Of a DNA stretch of 64,000 nucleotides, positions 44,415 to 63,965 are shown piece by piece (positions within the stretch are counted from its first letter, which is position 1; the number at the start of each line of letters is the position of its first letter). Origin of the DNA: an uncultured delta proteobacterium (GTDB lineage: Bacteria; Myxococcota_A; Polyangia; Haliangiales; Haliangiaceae); the NCBI GenBank assembly GCA_963743525.1, contig CAVUQH010000004.1, forward strand, positions 608,001-672,000, given 5' to 3'. The notes under the pieces are model-generated. The model did not search any database. It had not been told where the DNA came from and was given only the letters and a program-made list of their open reading frames with translations. The translations under genes were made by a program, and so were the position numbers.

Positions 44415-44451
44415 AAAAAAGAAAACCCTCCCCCGCTTCCGGGGGAGGGTT
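44415..44451 (-). terminator. dnaK intrinsic terminator
   Basis: AACCCTCCCCC/GGGGGAGGGTT stem plus T tract on the minus strand. Confidence 0.8.
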
Positions 44452-44475
44452 GGATGACAGGTAGGACAGGGTCGC

Positions 44476-46398
<1,923 letters not shown>

Positions 46399-46453
46399 AT
46401 TTCAAATCCTCGTTTTCAGCCGAGAGTTGAGTGCTGTTTTTGGTTCGCTGGCA

Positions 46454-46482
46454 AACCTAAGCACGAGGTAACGACCCGTCAA
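46454..46482 (-). promoter_or_regulatory. Putative sigma70-type dnaK promoter
   Basis: TTGACG-17 bp-TAGGTT. Confidence 0.5.
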
Positions 46483-46496
46483 CCCTGGCAACTGCC

Positions 46497-48935
<2,439 letters not shown>

Positions 48936-49052
48936 GCTCGCGAACGTATTGCCCGCACGTTCGCCCGTCAAGCTGACCAGGCGGCTGGGATCATCCGGAT
49001 AACCCGAGGGGCAGCCCCCGTTTTTGCTTGTGTCGGTGGAGGAATCACGCTA

Positions 49053-49091
49053 TTGGTCAGACCAACTGCACGACCAATTGGTAAGACCAAT
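49053..49091 (+). promoter_or_regulatory. Two FadR/PdhR-type operator palindromes
   Basis: TTGGTCAGACCAA (49053-49065) and ATTGGTAAGACCAAT (49077-49091), directly before a FadR-subfamily gene. Confidence 0.8.
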
Positions 49092-49094
49092 CTC

Positions 49095-49829
49095 ATGACC
49101 AAGACCAAGCTCGCTTCTCCGCCGACGACGGCCATCGACGCCATGTTCGAGTCGATCCTGGCCGACATCGTTCGCGGCACCTACCCGCCCGGCGCGCGCC
49201 TGCCCGCCGAACGGGAGCTCGCCCGGTCCCTGGGCGCCAGCCGCCCGACGTTGCGCGAGGCGCTGCGCAAACTGACCGAGTGGCGGCTGGTCGAGCCGCG
49301 CCGCGGCTCCGGCATCGTCGTGCGCAACCGCCGCGACTGGTCGATCGAGGTGCTGCCGGCCTACCTCCGCTACGCCCGACCGCTGCCCGGCGAGGCGTCG
49401 ATCCCGCAGCTGATCAAGGATCTGTTGGCGATCCGCCGCACGACCATCCGCGAGGTGGTGCTGCTGGTGGCGCCGCGCATGACGCCCGGCGGCACCGACG
49501 CCGCCCGCGAGGCGGTCGAGCATGCGTGGGACGCGCGCGGTGATCTGCGCGCGTTCGTCGTCGCCGACTTCGCCGTCGTCCGCGCGGTGGTCGAGGCCGG
49601 CAACTTCCTGCCCGCGGTCTGGCTGCTCAATCGCCTGTCCGGCATCTACCTCGACATCGGCCAGTCGCTGACCGGCAGCGTCAGTCCGCCCGACGACTAC
49701 GTCGAGGTCCACAACCGCTTCCTCGACGCGCTCGAGCGGCACGAAGGTCCGCTGGCCGCGTCGATCATCGAGGGCTATCTGGCCCAGCTCGACGCCATCA
49801 TGATGGCGCCGCTCGAAGTGTTCCTCTAG
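49095..49829 (+). CDS. GntR/FadR-family regulator (alternative TTG start 49053)
   Basis: YPPGARLPAERELA..LGASRPTLREAL. Confidence 0.92.
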   Translation: MTKTKLASPPTTAIDAMFESILADIVRGTYPPGARLPAERELARSLGASRPTLREALRKLTEWRLVEPRRGSGIVVRNRRDWSIEVLPAYLRYARPLPGEASIPQLIKDLLAIRRTTIREVVLLVAPRMTPGGTDAAREAVEHAWDARGDLRAFVVADFAVVRAVVEAGNFLPAVWLLNRLSGIYLDIGQSLTGSVSPPDDYVEVHNRFLDALERHEGPLAASIIEGYLAQLDAIMMAPLEVFL

Positions 49830-49840
49830 GAGGTGTTTCG

Positions 49841-50389
49841 ATGAGTCGCTACGAGCATTCGCCGCGCGTGCGCCGGACCCTGGCCGCCCTCGCCCGCATC
49901 GCCTGCCCTCCCGAGATCGACGAGCTCGGCCTGGTCAACGACGTGGTCGATCACATGGGTCGGTCGATGGGCTCGCTGCCGGAGCTGTTCTGCCGCGGCC
50001 TGGTCGCCGGCCTCACCACCTACGAGCTGGGCGCGCGGCTGGTGCCGGGCAACGGCGGCCGCGCTGCCAGCCAGCTCGATCACGACCGGGCGCTGCGCTA
50101 CTTCCAGCTGTGGCGCAAGAGCCCGCTGATGCCCCAGCGCGAGCTGATCAAGGCGGTGCGGGGTCTTCTGTGTCTGGCCTACTACGAGCAGCCGGCTGCG
50201 CGCGAGCAGATCGGCTACACGCCGGAGCAGTGGATCGACAAGGTCAAGCGCAAGCGGCTGGCGGTCTACAGCGACGAGATCGCCGCCCACCAGAAGAGTC
50301 TGCTCGAGCCCGACCCGCTGCCGCTCGACCAGCTGTTCCCCAAGGGTGACGCCGCGGCCGTGGCCAGCGACGAGAAGGAAGCAGTCTGA
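49841..50389 (+). CDS. Hypothetical partner of the GMC oxidoreductase (gluconate dehydrogenase subunit 3-like)
   Basis: Helical protein with LAYYE.P....IGY motif; stop overlaps the GMC start. Confidence 0.6.
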   Translation: MSRYEHSPRVRRTLAALARIACPPEIDELGLVNDVVDHMGRSMGSLPELFCRGLVAGLTTYELGARLVPGNGGRAASQLDHDRALRYFQLWRKSPLMPQRELIKAVRGLLCLAYYEQPAAREQIGYTPEQWIDKVKRKRLAVYSDEIAAHQKSLLEPDPLPLDQLFPKGDAAAVASDEKEAV

Positions 50390-51951
50390 TGCCGGTCTTG
50401 CGTCCCGCCGTCAGGCAAGAGCAGGTTCCGTCCAACGTCTACACCCGCGACGACCTCAGCGGCGACACGGTGCTCGACTGCGACGTCGTCATCGTCGGCT
50501 CCGGCGCCGGCGGCGCCAGCATGGCCGCCGAGCTGGCCGAAGGTGGGCTCGATGTGATCGTCGTCGAGGAAGGCCGCTACTTCTCGACCCGCGACTTCGG
50601 CGCCGACGCGTCGGCGGCAGTGCGCAGCCTGTACCGCGACGGCGGTGCGACCATGGCGATGGGCAGCCCGCCGGTCCTCTATCAAGAGGGCAGCGCGGTC
50701 GGCGGATCGACGGTGATCAACGGCGGCATGTCGTGGCGCACGCCGGAGAAGATCCTCGAGCGGTGGAACCGCGAGGACGGCATCGACCGCATCATGCCCG
50801 CCGACATGGAGTTCTACTTCGAGCGGGTAGAGAAGCGGCTGCACGTCGCCCTGCAGGACGACGACAGCATCGGCCGCGACAACGAGCTGTTGCGCATCGG
50901 CGCCGAGCGCAAAGGCTGGAAGGTCATCCCCAACCTGCGCAACCAGGTGCACTGCCCGGGTTCCAACAACTGCGCCTTCGGCTGCCCCACCGGCGCCAAG
51001 CAGTCGGCGCTGGTCAGCTACATCCCCCGGGCGCTGCATTTCGGCGCGCGGGTCTATTCGGACGTGCACGTCGACCGGATCACCCGCACCGGCAAGCGCG
51101 CCACCGGCATCACCGGCTGGGTCTGGCGCGAGGACCGCACCCGCGGACCGCGGGTCACCGTGCGCGCGCGCATGACCGTGCTGGCGGCGGGCGCGATCTA
51201 TTCGCCGATGATCCTCGGCGGCTCGGGCTTCCGCTCGCCGTCGGGCCGGCTCGGCCGCGACCTGTCGCTGCACCCCAACTGCAAGCTGATCGCCATCTTC
51301 GACGAGGAGGTGCGCGGCTGGGAGGGCGTGCACCAGGCCTATCAGGTGCGCGAGTTCCAGGACGAGGGCTTCCTGTTCGCCGCGGTCAACATCCCGCCCA
51401 GCATCATCGGCATGACCACGCCGTACTACGGCAAGACCATGGGCGACCTGATGATGCAGTACGACAAGATGGTCGTCGCCGGCATGCTGGTCGAGGACAC
51501 CCAGACCGGGCGCCTGCGCCGCGGTCCCGGCGGCAAGCCGATCGCCACCTACCAGCTGTCGGACTTCGACGCCGACAAGCTCAAGCGCGGCACCGCGCTC
51601 TTGTGCGAGCTGTTGTTCGCCGCCGGCGCCAAGCGGATCATGTTGCCGTTCAGCGGCGTCGGCGATCTGTACGGACCCGACGACGTTCGCAAGATCTTCG
51701 CCAACCCGGTGCCCAAGAGCTCGATGGAGGTGGTCACCGTGCACCTCATGGGCACCGCGCGCATGGGCGGTGATCGCAGCCGCGCCGTGGTCAACTCGTA
51801 CGGTCACGTCTACGACGCCGACCGGCTGATGATCGCGGACGCCAGCGTCTTTCCCTCGCCCATCGGCGTCAACCCGATGGAGACCATCATGGCGCTGTCG
51901 ACCCGCAGCGCCGCCTACCTGCTCGACAATCAGCGGAGGTTCCTCTCGTGA
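50389..51951 (+). CDS. GMC-family oxidoreductase (long-chain alcohol oxidase-like)
   Basis: IVGSGAGG, VGGSTVING, CPGSNNCAFGC, HLMGTARMG, DASVFPS..GVNP. Confidence 0.92.
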   Translation: MPVLRPAVRQEQVPSNVYTRDDLSGDTVLDCDVVIVGSGAGGASMAAELAEGGLDVIVVEEGRYFSTRDFGADASAAVRSLYRDGGATMAMGSPPVLYQEGSAVGGSTVINGGMSWRTPEKILERWNREDGIDRIMPADMEFYFERVEKRLHVALQDDDSIGRDNELLRIGAERKGWKVIPNLRNQVHCPGSNNCAFGCPTGAKQSALVSYIPRALHFGARVYSDVHVDRITRTGKRATGITGWVWREDRTRGPRVTVRARMTVLAAGAIYSPMILGGSGFRSPSGRLGRDLSLHPNCKLIAIFDEEVRGWEGVHQAYQVREFQDEGFLFAAVNIPPSIIGMTTPYYGKTMGDLMMQYDKMVVAGMLVEDTQTGRLRRGPGGKPIATYQLSDFDADKLKRGTALLCELLFAAGAKRIMLPFSGVGDLYGPDDVRKIFANPVPKSSMEVVTVHLMGTARMGGDRSRAVVNSYGHVYDADRLMIADASVFPSPIGVNPMETIMALSTRSAAYLLDNQRRFLS

Positions 51952-52535
51952 GACACCAGCAGGCCGTCACCGCCACCGTCGCCCCCGGGCTGCCCAACTC
52001 GGAGCGCTACTACCAGCTCGAGCAGATGACCAACCAGGCACTGGAGACCGTCTTCTTGCGCGGCACCCAGCCGGAGATCGAACAGCTGGTCGGTTGGGAG
52101 TTCCGCGGCACCAACGTTCCCGGCTGGGCCAAGCTCGCCGGCATCAAGAAGTTCATCAAAGGTTTCTACCGCAAGGACGGCGACGCCTTCGGCTACAACT
52201 GCCCGGTGCTGCAGGACGGCATCCGCGCGCCGTGGATCGCGCGTCCCGACGACGACAACCCCAAGCGCTTCGGCTTCTACCGCGTCGCGCCGGTCGACCC
52301 GACCAGCCGCGACAACGCCTACCTGCACGCGGTGCTGCTCGACTACGGCCGCGGCGGCAACAAGCGTCTGGACCCGACGTCCGGGCTGCGCGACTACCTG
52401 GTTCAGGTCGATGCGGACAACCCCGACCTCTACCTGGGCAAGGCTTACTACGCGCTCGGTCCGCTGCGCGTCGCCACCAACTTCTTCCTACTCGAGCGAC
52501 ATCGCCGCGGTTTGTCCGACGTCAGCTTCCGCTAG
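51948..52535 (+). CDS. Hypothetical protein in the GMC operon
   Basis: Overlaps the GMC stop; LVGWEFRG, KFIKGF, LRDYLVQV, YLGKAY. Confidence 0.75.
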   Translation: MRHQQAVTATVAPGLPNSERYYQLEQMTNQALETVFLRGTQPEIEQLVGWEFRGTNVPGWAKLAGIKKFIKGFYRKDGDAFGYNCPVLQDGIRAPWIARPDDDNPKRFGFYRVAPVDPTSRDNAYLHAVLLDYGRGGNKRLDPTSGLRDYLVQVDADNPDLYLGKAYYALGPLRVATNFFLLERHRRGLSDVSFR

Positions 52536-52704
52536 ACGCGACGGCCACTGTAGGTCTCCGGCATACGCGCGCGCACGTCAGCGCACGATGTAGTTCGCTG
52601 CGCCTGTGGTCGCTGTTGTCAGCGTCGCACGGCAGATATCGGTTGCTGTGGGAGATCCACGGATGCGAGGATCGAGCTGCGGAGTAAAGGGAGGAACCTC
52701 AGCG

Positions 52705-53805
52705 ATGAAACTCACACGGATCGGATCCCTCGGCAGCCTGTTCGCCGGCCTCGCGCTGGTCGCCGCGTGCGACACAACCGAGCCCGCGCCCACGCTCGCA
52801 ACGCCGTCGGCGTTGCCGCAAGGACAGCTCGCGCCAACCGGGCTCAAGCGCCAGTGCGCCACGCCCGACCTGACGCCGGCGGAGATGCAGCAGATCGACG
52901 AGGCGTTGGCCGCGCGCGGATACGGCGTGTCGGGCGGCGTCGCCTACGCGTCGGCGCCGGGCAGCATCACCGTTCCGGTGGCGTTCCACGTGATCACCTC
53001 GAGCAGCGGCGCGGGCAACGTCACCCAGCAGCAGCTCAACGATCAGATCGCGGTGCTCAACAGCGCCTACGGCGGCGACACCGCCAGTGACGCGAACAAC
53101 ACCGCGTTCCGCTTCCAGCTGTCGTCGGTCGACGTGACCGCGAACGACAGCTGGTACAACATGGGCTCCGGCTCGTCGGCCGAGAGCCAGGCCAAGGCCG
53201 CGCTGCGCGTCGGCGGCGCCGACACGCTCAACATCTACACCGCCAACCTCGGCGGCGGGCTGCTCGGCTGGGCGACCTTCCCCAACTGGTACGCCGGCAA
53301 CCCGTCGGACGACGGCGTGGTCATCCTCTACAGCTCGCTGCCCGGCGGCGGCGCGGCGCCGTACGACGAGGGCGACACCGCCACCCACGAGGTCGGCCAC
53401 TGGCTGGGCCTCTACCACACCTTCCAGGGCGGCTGTAACGGCAGCGGCGACAGCGTCAGCGACACCGCCGCCGAGAAGAGCGCCGCCTACGGATGTCCGG
53501 TCGGACGCGACTCGTGCCGCAAGGGCGCGGGCGTCGACCCGATCTACAACTTCATGGACTACACCGACGACAACTGCATGGACATGTTCACCGGCGGCCA
53601 GAGCACCCGGATGGACGGCATGTGGGCGACCTACCGGGCCGGCGATACCGGCGGCGGCGGCGGCGGCGGTGGCGGTGGCGGTGGCGGCACCGATCCCAAC
53701 TCGTGCCAGCAGAACAGCACCTGCGGCGGCCAGGCCCCGGGCGGTTGCTACTGCGACCGCGCCTGCAGGCGCCACCACGACTGCTGCTCCGACGGCCCCT
53801 GCTGA
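52705..53805 (+). CDS. M43 zinc metalloprotease lipoprotein with C-terminal somatomedin B-like domain
   Basis: Lipobox VAAC; HEVGHWLGLYHTF, NFMDY; Gly linker; SC..C..CYCDRAC....DCCSD. Confidence 0.92.
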   Translation: MKLTRIGSLGSLFAGLALVAACDTTEPAPTLATPSALPQGQLAPTGLKRQCATPDLTPAEMQQIDEALAARGYGVSGGVAYASAPGSITVPVAFHVITSSSGAGNVTQQQLNDQIAVLNSAYGGDTASDANNTAFRFQLSSVDVTANDSWYNMGSGSSAESQAKAALRVGGADTLNIYTANLGGGLLGWATFPNWYAGNPSDDGVVILYSSLPGGGAAPYDEGDTATHEVGHWLGLYHTFQGGCNGSGDSVSDTAAEKSAAYGCPVGRDSCRKGAGVDPIYNFMDYTDDNCMDMFTGGQSTRMDGMWATYRAGDTGGGGGGGGGGGGGTDPNSCQQNSTCGGQAPGGCYCDRACRRHHDCCSDGPC

Positions 53806-53825
53806 GCGGAGCCAGATGAAATCCG

Positions 53826-53860
53826 AGGGGACGGTGCGCAGGCACCGTCCCCTTTTTTTT
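53826..53860 (+). terminator. Intrinsic terminator
   Basis: AGGGGACGGTGC/GCACCGTCCCCT stem followed by a T run. Confidence 0.85.
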
Positions 53861-54318
53861 CACGCCAGCCCGACGAGCGGAACGCCGACGGCGGCGAGCA
53901 CGACGCGGTCGCCGGCGCGCAGACGCTGGCCCGGTCGCGCGCGCCGGTCGTTCACGCGCAGGTGTAGCGCGTCGAGGGGAAACACCTCGAGCAGCCGCGG
54001 CACGAAGAAACAGATGTACTGCAGGAAGTCCCCGGCCAGGCACTCCTCGGGAACCTCGATGTCGGCGGGCGGACCCACGATCGGCGCCGTGATGAAGTCG
54101 GCCTCGAGGTGGATGGAGATGGTGCGAAACGGTCCGGCGTCGACCGCTTCCAGCTGGCCGTCCTCGCCCAGCTCGTGCACGGTGTGTCCCTGGCGGCGCA
54201 GCTCCATGCACACCGGACAATCGTCATAGATCGGAACGCGACCGGGAATGGGCTCGACGATGTGCACGATTTCGCCCGGCGCGTAGTCCAGGGGCGACCG
54301 CCTGTCGTTCTTGTTCAT
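53860..54318 (-). CDS. Hypothetical protein with CxxC and C-terminal MoaD/ThiS-like beta-grasp segment
   Basis: GAGGAG RBS; DCPVC; LRVNDRRARPGQRLRAGDRVVL. Confidence 0.6.
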   Translation of the reverse strand: MNKNDRRSPLDYAPGEIVHIVEPIPGRVPIYDDCPVCMELRRQGHTVHELGEDGQLEAVDAGPFRTISIHLEADFITAPIVGPPADIEVPEECLAGDFLQYICFFVPRLLEVFPLDALHLRVNDRRARPGQRLRAGDRVVLAAVGVPLVGLA

Positions 54319-54604
54319 CTGCAACTCCTCGATGGGGGCCCGGCGCACCGCGCGCCGCGCCAACATCCCCACATCGGATCGACGGCCGCTGCGGTTGCGT
54401 CCCGCGCCTACATCGGCTCCTGCGGAACCGGCAGACGCGAGTGCGGAAAACCGCACTCGATCGCGGCTGCATCCCCGGCTCTGGCGGCAAAGGCAATGGA
54501 TGTCGCGGTGTTGCGCGCTTGGCCCAGCGGTTGCTCTACCGAGGGGCGTGACGCGACGAAGCGTCTTCCCACCCCCGACGACCCCGCCAATCAAGGAGCA
54601 TCCC

Positions 54605-55210
54605 ATGAACAAGACCCGCACCCTCCTCGCCGCCCTCGCCCTCTGCGCACTCGGTGCCTCGGCCGCGTCAGCCGACGTCGTGGTGCGCGACCACCGGCAG
54701 CAGCCCGTCGCCCAGACCAAGGTCAAGGCCGAGCGCTCCAACCCGCGCGCCGACCACAAGCGCAACGACAAGCGCAACGACAAGCGCAATGAACGGGCCG
54801 ACCGCAACAACGGCCGCAACGACCGAGGCACCACCTACAACCGGCCCAACGATCAAATCCCCGCCCACCCGTCGATGCCGCGGCCCCTGCCCCCGGTGAT
54901 TCGCCACACCCCGCAGATCGACGGCGTCGAGAGCTCGGCCAGCTGGTACGGCACCATCGTCACCATCTCCGGCTCGTACCTGCCCGCCAACGCCACCGTC
55001 CGCCTGGACGGACGCACCATCGACCCGGTCTACGTCAGCAGCCAGCGGATCATCTTCATCGCCCCGCCGAGCCGCGCCTCCACCGCCGACCTCGTGCTCG
55101 TCGCTCCCTCCGGCCGCCTCGACCTGGGCGCGGTCAGCCTCCTCAACCACCGCGTCGGTCGGCTGTACGGTAGCGCCGCGGTGAGCTTCCGCTGGAGCGC
55201 CTCCGGCTAA
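54605..55210 (+). CDS. Secreted protein with VVVRDHR motif, DKRN repeats and one IPT/TIG-like domain
   Basis: AAGGAG RBS; signal peptide; GTIVTISGSYL...VSSQRIIFIAP. Confidence 0.75.
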   Translation: MNKTRTLLAALALCALGASAASADVVVRDHRQQPVAQTKVKAERSNPRADHKRNDKRNDKRNERADRNNGRNDRGTTYNRPNDQIPAHPSMPRPLPPVIRHTPQIDGVESSASWYGTIVTISGSYLPANATVRLDGRTIDPVYVSSQRIIFIAPPSRASTADLVLVAPSGRLDLGAVSLLNHRVGRLYGSAAVSFRWSASG

Positions 55211-55237
55211 CCCTCCCTCCGGCCGTCCTCCGCCAAC

Positions 55238-55274
55238 GCGGGCCCGCCTTCCTCCCGGCGGGCCCGCCCCTTTT
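55238..55274 (+). terminator. Probable terminator
   Basis: GCGGGCCCGCC/GGCGGGCCCGC stem followed by CCCTTTT. Confidence 0.55.
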
Positions 55275-55277
55275 CGG

Positions 55278-55571
55278 GTGAGTGGACGCGGTGTCAGGGA
55301 ACGCAACCAGGCGGTCGTCGCGAAACATCCCGAGCTCGAGCCGGGCCCCCAGTTCCTGCCGCACAATATCGTCTACCACTGGGACCGCGACTGCGTGGAG
55401 CGCGACCGCAAGGCCGCCATGCAGTTCGTTACCTGGGATGATCGCCAGGCCCCGCCCAACTCCAAGAAGAAGCTCACGCTCGTCGACGCCCCCGGGTTCC
55501 AGTACGCGCTCGAGGAGCCCGGCGACGACATTACCTGGAGCATCGCCGAGCCGCTGCCCGGCAAGAAGTGA
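55278..55571 (+). CDS. Short hypothetical protein or 5'-truncated gene remnant
   Basis: Codon usage typical of this genome, but the start abuts a terminator and has no RBS. Confidence 0.4.
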   Translation: MSGRGVRERNQAVVAKHPELEPGPQFLPHNIVYHWDRDCVERDRKAAMQFVTWDDRQAPPNSKKKLTLVDAPGFQYALEEPGDDITWSIAEPLPGKK

Positions 55572-55583
55572 GCCCGGCCCGGC

Positions 55584-58335
55584 CTAGTCGTTCGGCAGCG
55601 GGTTCATCGCCGGGGTCTCGATCGTCTGGGTCTGCTCCTCGGGCGTCGACGACACCGTGATGCGACTGCAGTAGACCGCCAGGGTCTCGGCGTGCCGCTG
55701 GACCCGCTGCATGAAGGTCGGATCGTTCATGTCGCCGGTCAGCGGGATGACGCAGACCGACTTCTCGCCCGACTTGACCTTGTCGAAGCTGGCCGGTTTT
55801 TCGCCGGCGGCAAACGCCATGGACGCGTCACCGGCCTTGCTCTCGGACAGGAAGATCTGATTGATCTCACCGGCGGCGTGGACGTCGATCGCCGGGTTGC
55901 CGAACAGGAACACCTGAGCGGCGTCGACCTTGGCGTCGGCTTTGCCCTTGATCGCGATCGACAATGAGATCTTGCCCAGCGTGATCGACAGCTCGACCTT
56001 GGCCTGCTGGCCGGGGGTCACCTGCACGTCTTTGGCGACCATCTTGGAGGTGACGCCGCTGCCGACCATCGCGGCCACCTTGTATTTCCCGGCGGCCACC
56101 CGGTCGGCGATGAAGCTGCCGTCGCTGCCGCTCTTGACCGCGACCACGTAGCGCGCTCCGATGCCCGAGGTGATGAGCACGCTGACGTCGGGCGCGGGCT
56201 CGCCGTCGATGGTCACGGTTCCGGCAACCGAGCCGAACGGCACCAGCGGCAGCGTCACGTTGGCGTCGGCCTCGCCGCGCGCCACGGTCACCGGCAACGA
56301 CCGGCCGACGTCGACCTTCTCGGCCGCGACCGCCACCTCGTCCTTGCCGACGCCGGCGAAGCGGAAGCTGCCGTCGGGGCCGGTGGTGGTGTGGCGGATG
56401 CCCATCTGCGCCTCGACACTCGCGCCGAGCGAGCTCTGCAGGTTGGCGCCGTCGCCAACCAGCTGCCGGCCCAGCACCACGGTGGCCTCGTCCACCGGCT
56501 GGCCACCCGAGGTGACCACGCGGCCACTGACCACGCGCCCGCGCTCGACCGTGACCACGCCGACGTCGGTGGTCTCGCCCGGCTTCACCTCGACGTTCTT
56601 GACGATCTTGTCGGGGAAGCCGGCGCCGCGCACGGTGAGGTCGAAGGTGCCGGGGTGGACGCCGTCGAGGCGGAAGCGGTCGCCGACCACCGGCACCAGG
56701 GAGCCGCCGGCCACCTGCACCGTCGCCGCCACCGGCGGGTTGCCGGCGGAGGTCTGCACCCGGCCGACCACGGCACCGTCGCGGTGCAGCACCACCTCGA
56801 CGTTGGCGTCGCCGACCTTCGCCTTGACCCCCTGGCCCATGGCGCTCCACCAGTTGGAGACGTCGGTGCGGGTCGCGCGCACCAGATAGGCGCCGTCCTG
56901 CAGCCCGCGCACGGTGAAGTGACCGCCGCCGTCGGTGGTGGCAAACGACGGGCCGCGCGTGATCAGCGCCGACGCGTCGCCACCGCCCCAGAAGTCGGGG
57001 GCCGCCAGCACCTGCACCTCCGCCACCGGCTTGCCGTCGTCGTTGACCACAGTGCCGGAGATAGTTCCGACCACCGACAGCACCAGCTTCACGCCCTGCT
57101 TCCTGGGCGTCGCCGCCAGATCGACGGACACGCTCTCGGTCGCGGCCTGCGCCGTGTCGGCGAACACCTGCACCGGCTGGCGCGGCAGCCCTTTGACGTC
57201 GAAGCGACCGTCGTCACCGGCGACGACCGCGCGCGACACGCCGCCGCCCCACATGCCGCGCTGGCCGCGCTCGCTGCTGACGTGCACTTGCGCCCACGGC
57301 GCCGCGGCGCCGCTGGTGTTCGACCACCTGACCGGACAGCTCGGCGCCCGCCGACAACACGATGCGCACCGCCGGCACCGCGCCTTCGGCCAGTGACACC
57401 ACGCCCGAGCTGCCCGGCGCGTAATCCTCGTGCACCGCGAGGAAGCGGAAACTGCCGATCGGCACCCCGGAAATGTCGAAGCGGCCCTTGGCGTCGGTGA
57501 GCACGCCGTCGCGCAGGATGTTGACCGGCTCCCACGGCGCGCTGGCGCTGCGCGGCACCACACGGGCACCCTTGATCGGCTTGCCCGCCTCGCTCACGAC
57601 CACGCCCTTCACCTCCACGCCGCGCACGAGCTCGACCTTTTGTGCCGACTCGACGCTGCCGGCGGGGATGTTGACCGGTACTCGCGCAGTGCCGTAGCCG
57701 GGCGCGCTGACGATGAGCAGATCCCAACCGGGCGACAGCCCGCGCAGGTGCCCGACGCCGTCGCCCTCGGTCTGCGCGCTGGCGCCGCCGGAGCCGACCA
57801 GCGACACCGTCGCCCCCGAGATCGGCGAGCCGGTGTCGCGCGCGGTGACGGTCACCGCCATCTTCGAACCGGCGTGCACGCGAACGATCACCGGGTCGCT
57901 GTTGGCGGTCAGCGTGGTGACCACCGGGCCGCCGACCTGATCGCCGGCGCGCGCGCGAACCGCGTAGCGGCGCCCGACCATGGCGTCGAAGCTGAAGCTG
58001 CCGTCCTCGCCCGCGGTGGCGTGCTTGGGCGGGCGCGCGTTGACGTAGACCATGGCGCCGCCGACCGGATCGCCGGCCTCGTCGACCACCTGGCCCTCGA
58101 GCCGCAAGTTGCCCGGCGGATCGGCGTCCATCGCCAGGTAGACGCCGCGCGCCCCCGGCGCGTTGGCGGCCTGCTGCTGCTCGTGCGGCTTGGGCACCGG
58201 CGGCGCCTTGGGCTCGACCTTTTCGGCGACCGGCTTGGTCTCCGTCGAGCCGCCTCCGCGGCCGCGGTACCACCAGATGAACAGCGCCGCGACGGCGAGC
58301 AACGCGACAGTGACGATAACGGTGCGACGCTTCAT
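55584..58335 (-). CDS. Membrane-anchored protein with multiple carboxypeptidase-regulatory-like domains; apparent +1 frameshift at about 57319
   Basis: Repeated G.VV...G.PV..A.V...TD..G.F units; removing one base gives [16 protein letters not shown] and joins the two ORFs. Confidence 0.83.
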
Positions 58336-58449
58336 GGTCGGGCCTCCGTGCAGCGAGCGTGCCACGAAAACGTTCGATGCGGTCGCATCCTGGACAGTTG
58401 CAGCGGTGGGTGCGACCCGCCACGCTGGGACAGCGGGCGGTCACACCTG

Positions 58450-59850
<1,401 letters not shown>

Positions 59851-59893
59851 GCGGGCATGATAGCCGCCACCCGTATCTGATACGATCCACAAC

Positions 59894-61877
<1,984 letters not shown>

Positions 61878-61880
61878 GCG

Positions 61881-62057
61881 CTATTTGCGCGGGCGGCCGC
61901 GGCGGCCACGGCGGGTGTCATCGGGCTCGAAATCGAGCTCCTCGGAGAACTTCTCCTCGAGCAGGTCGTCCACCGTGGTGCGAAGGGAGTCGAGCTTGCG
62001 CAGCTCGTCGCGCTCGAACTCGGCAAAAGAACGATAGACACGCGGAAATGCAGCCAT
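61881..62057 (-). CDS. Small hypothetical protein (58 aa), acidic core and basic tail
   Basis: AGGAGG RBS before ATG 62057; ends RRGRRGRPRK. Confidence 0.7.
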   Translation of the reverse strand: MAAFPRVYRSFAEFERDELRKLDSLRTTVDDLLEEKFSEELDFEPDDTRRGRRGRPRK

Positions 62058-62256
62058 GGGTCCCTCCTGGGCTCCCGCGGGACTGGTCCCCGAGAGCAAG
62101 TTATCCTACATCTGCGCACACTGTAAGCGCGGGTCATACCAGGACGAAATTTTCGGCGCGCTTTTTTCAGACCCCCGAGATCGGTCGGCTTTTCGGTCGG
62201 GAGCAGATCCCGCCTTTTCTTGCCCGTCATGGCGATGTGCTAGTTAATCGAGCGTT

Positions 62257-63965
<1,709 letters not shown>

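Noticed and set aside
46412..46438. CIRCE-like AGCACTC upstream of dnaK
   Set aside because: Only one half-site; the second arm (GAGTGCTAA) is absent
54756..54792. 12-bp tandem repeat GACAAGCGCAAC
   Set aside because: Encodes DKRN repeats within a CDS
62058..62100. ykkC/guanidine-I-like GGACTGGTCC..GAGAG string
   Set aside because: The 3' conserved part of the motif is missing, and the region contains the RBS of the minus-strand small gene
62101..62110. DnaA-box-like TTATCCTACA near parA, suggesting oriC
   Set aside because: Single imperfect box with no cluster or AT-rich unwinding element
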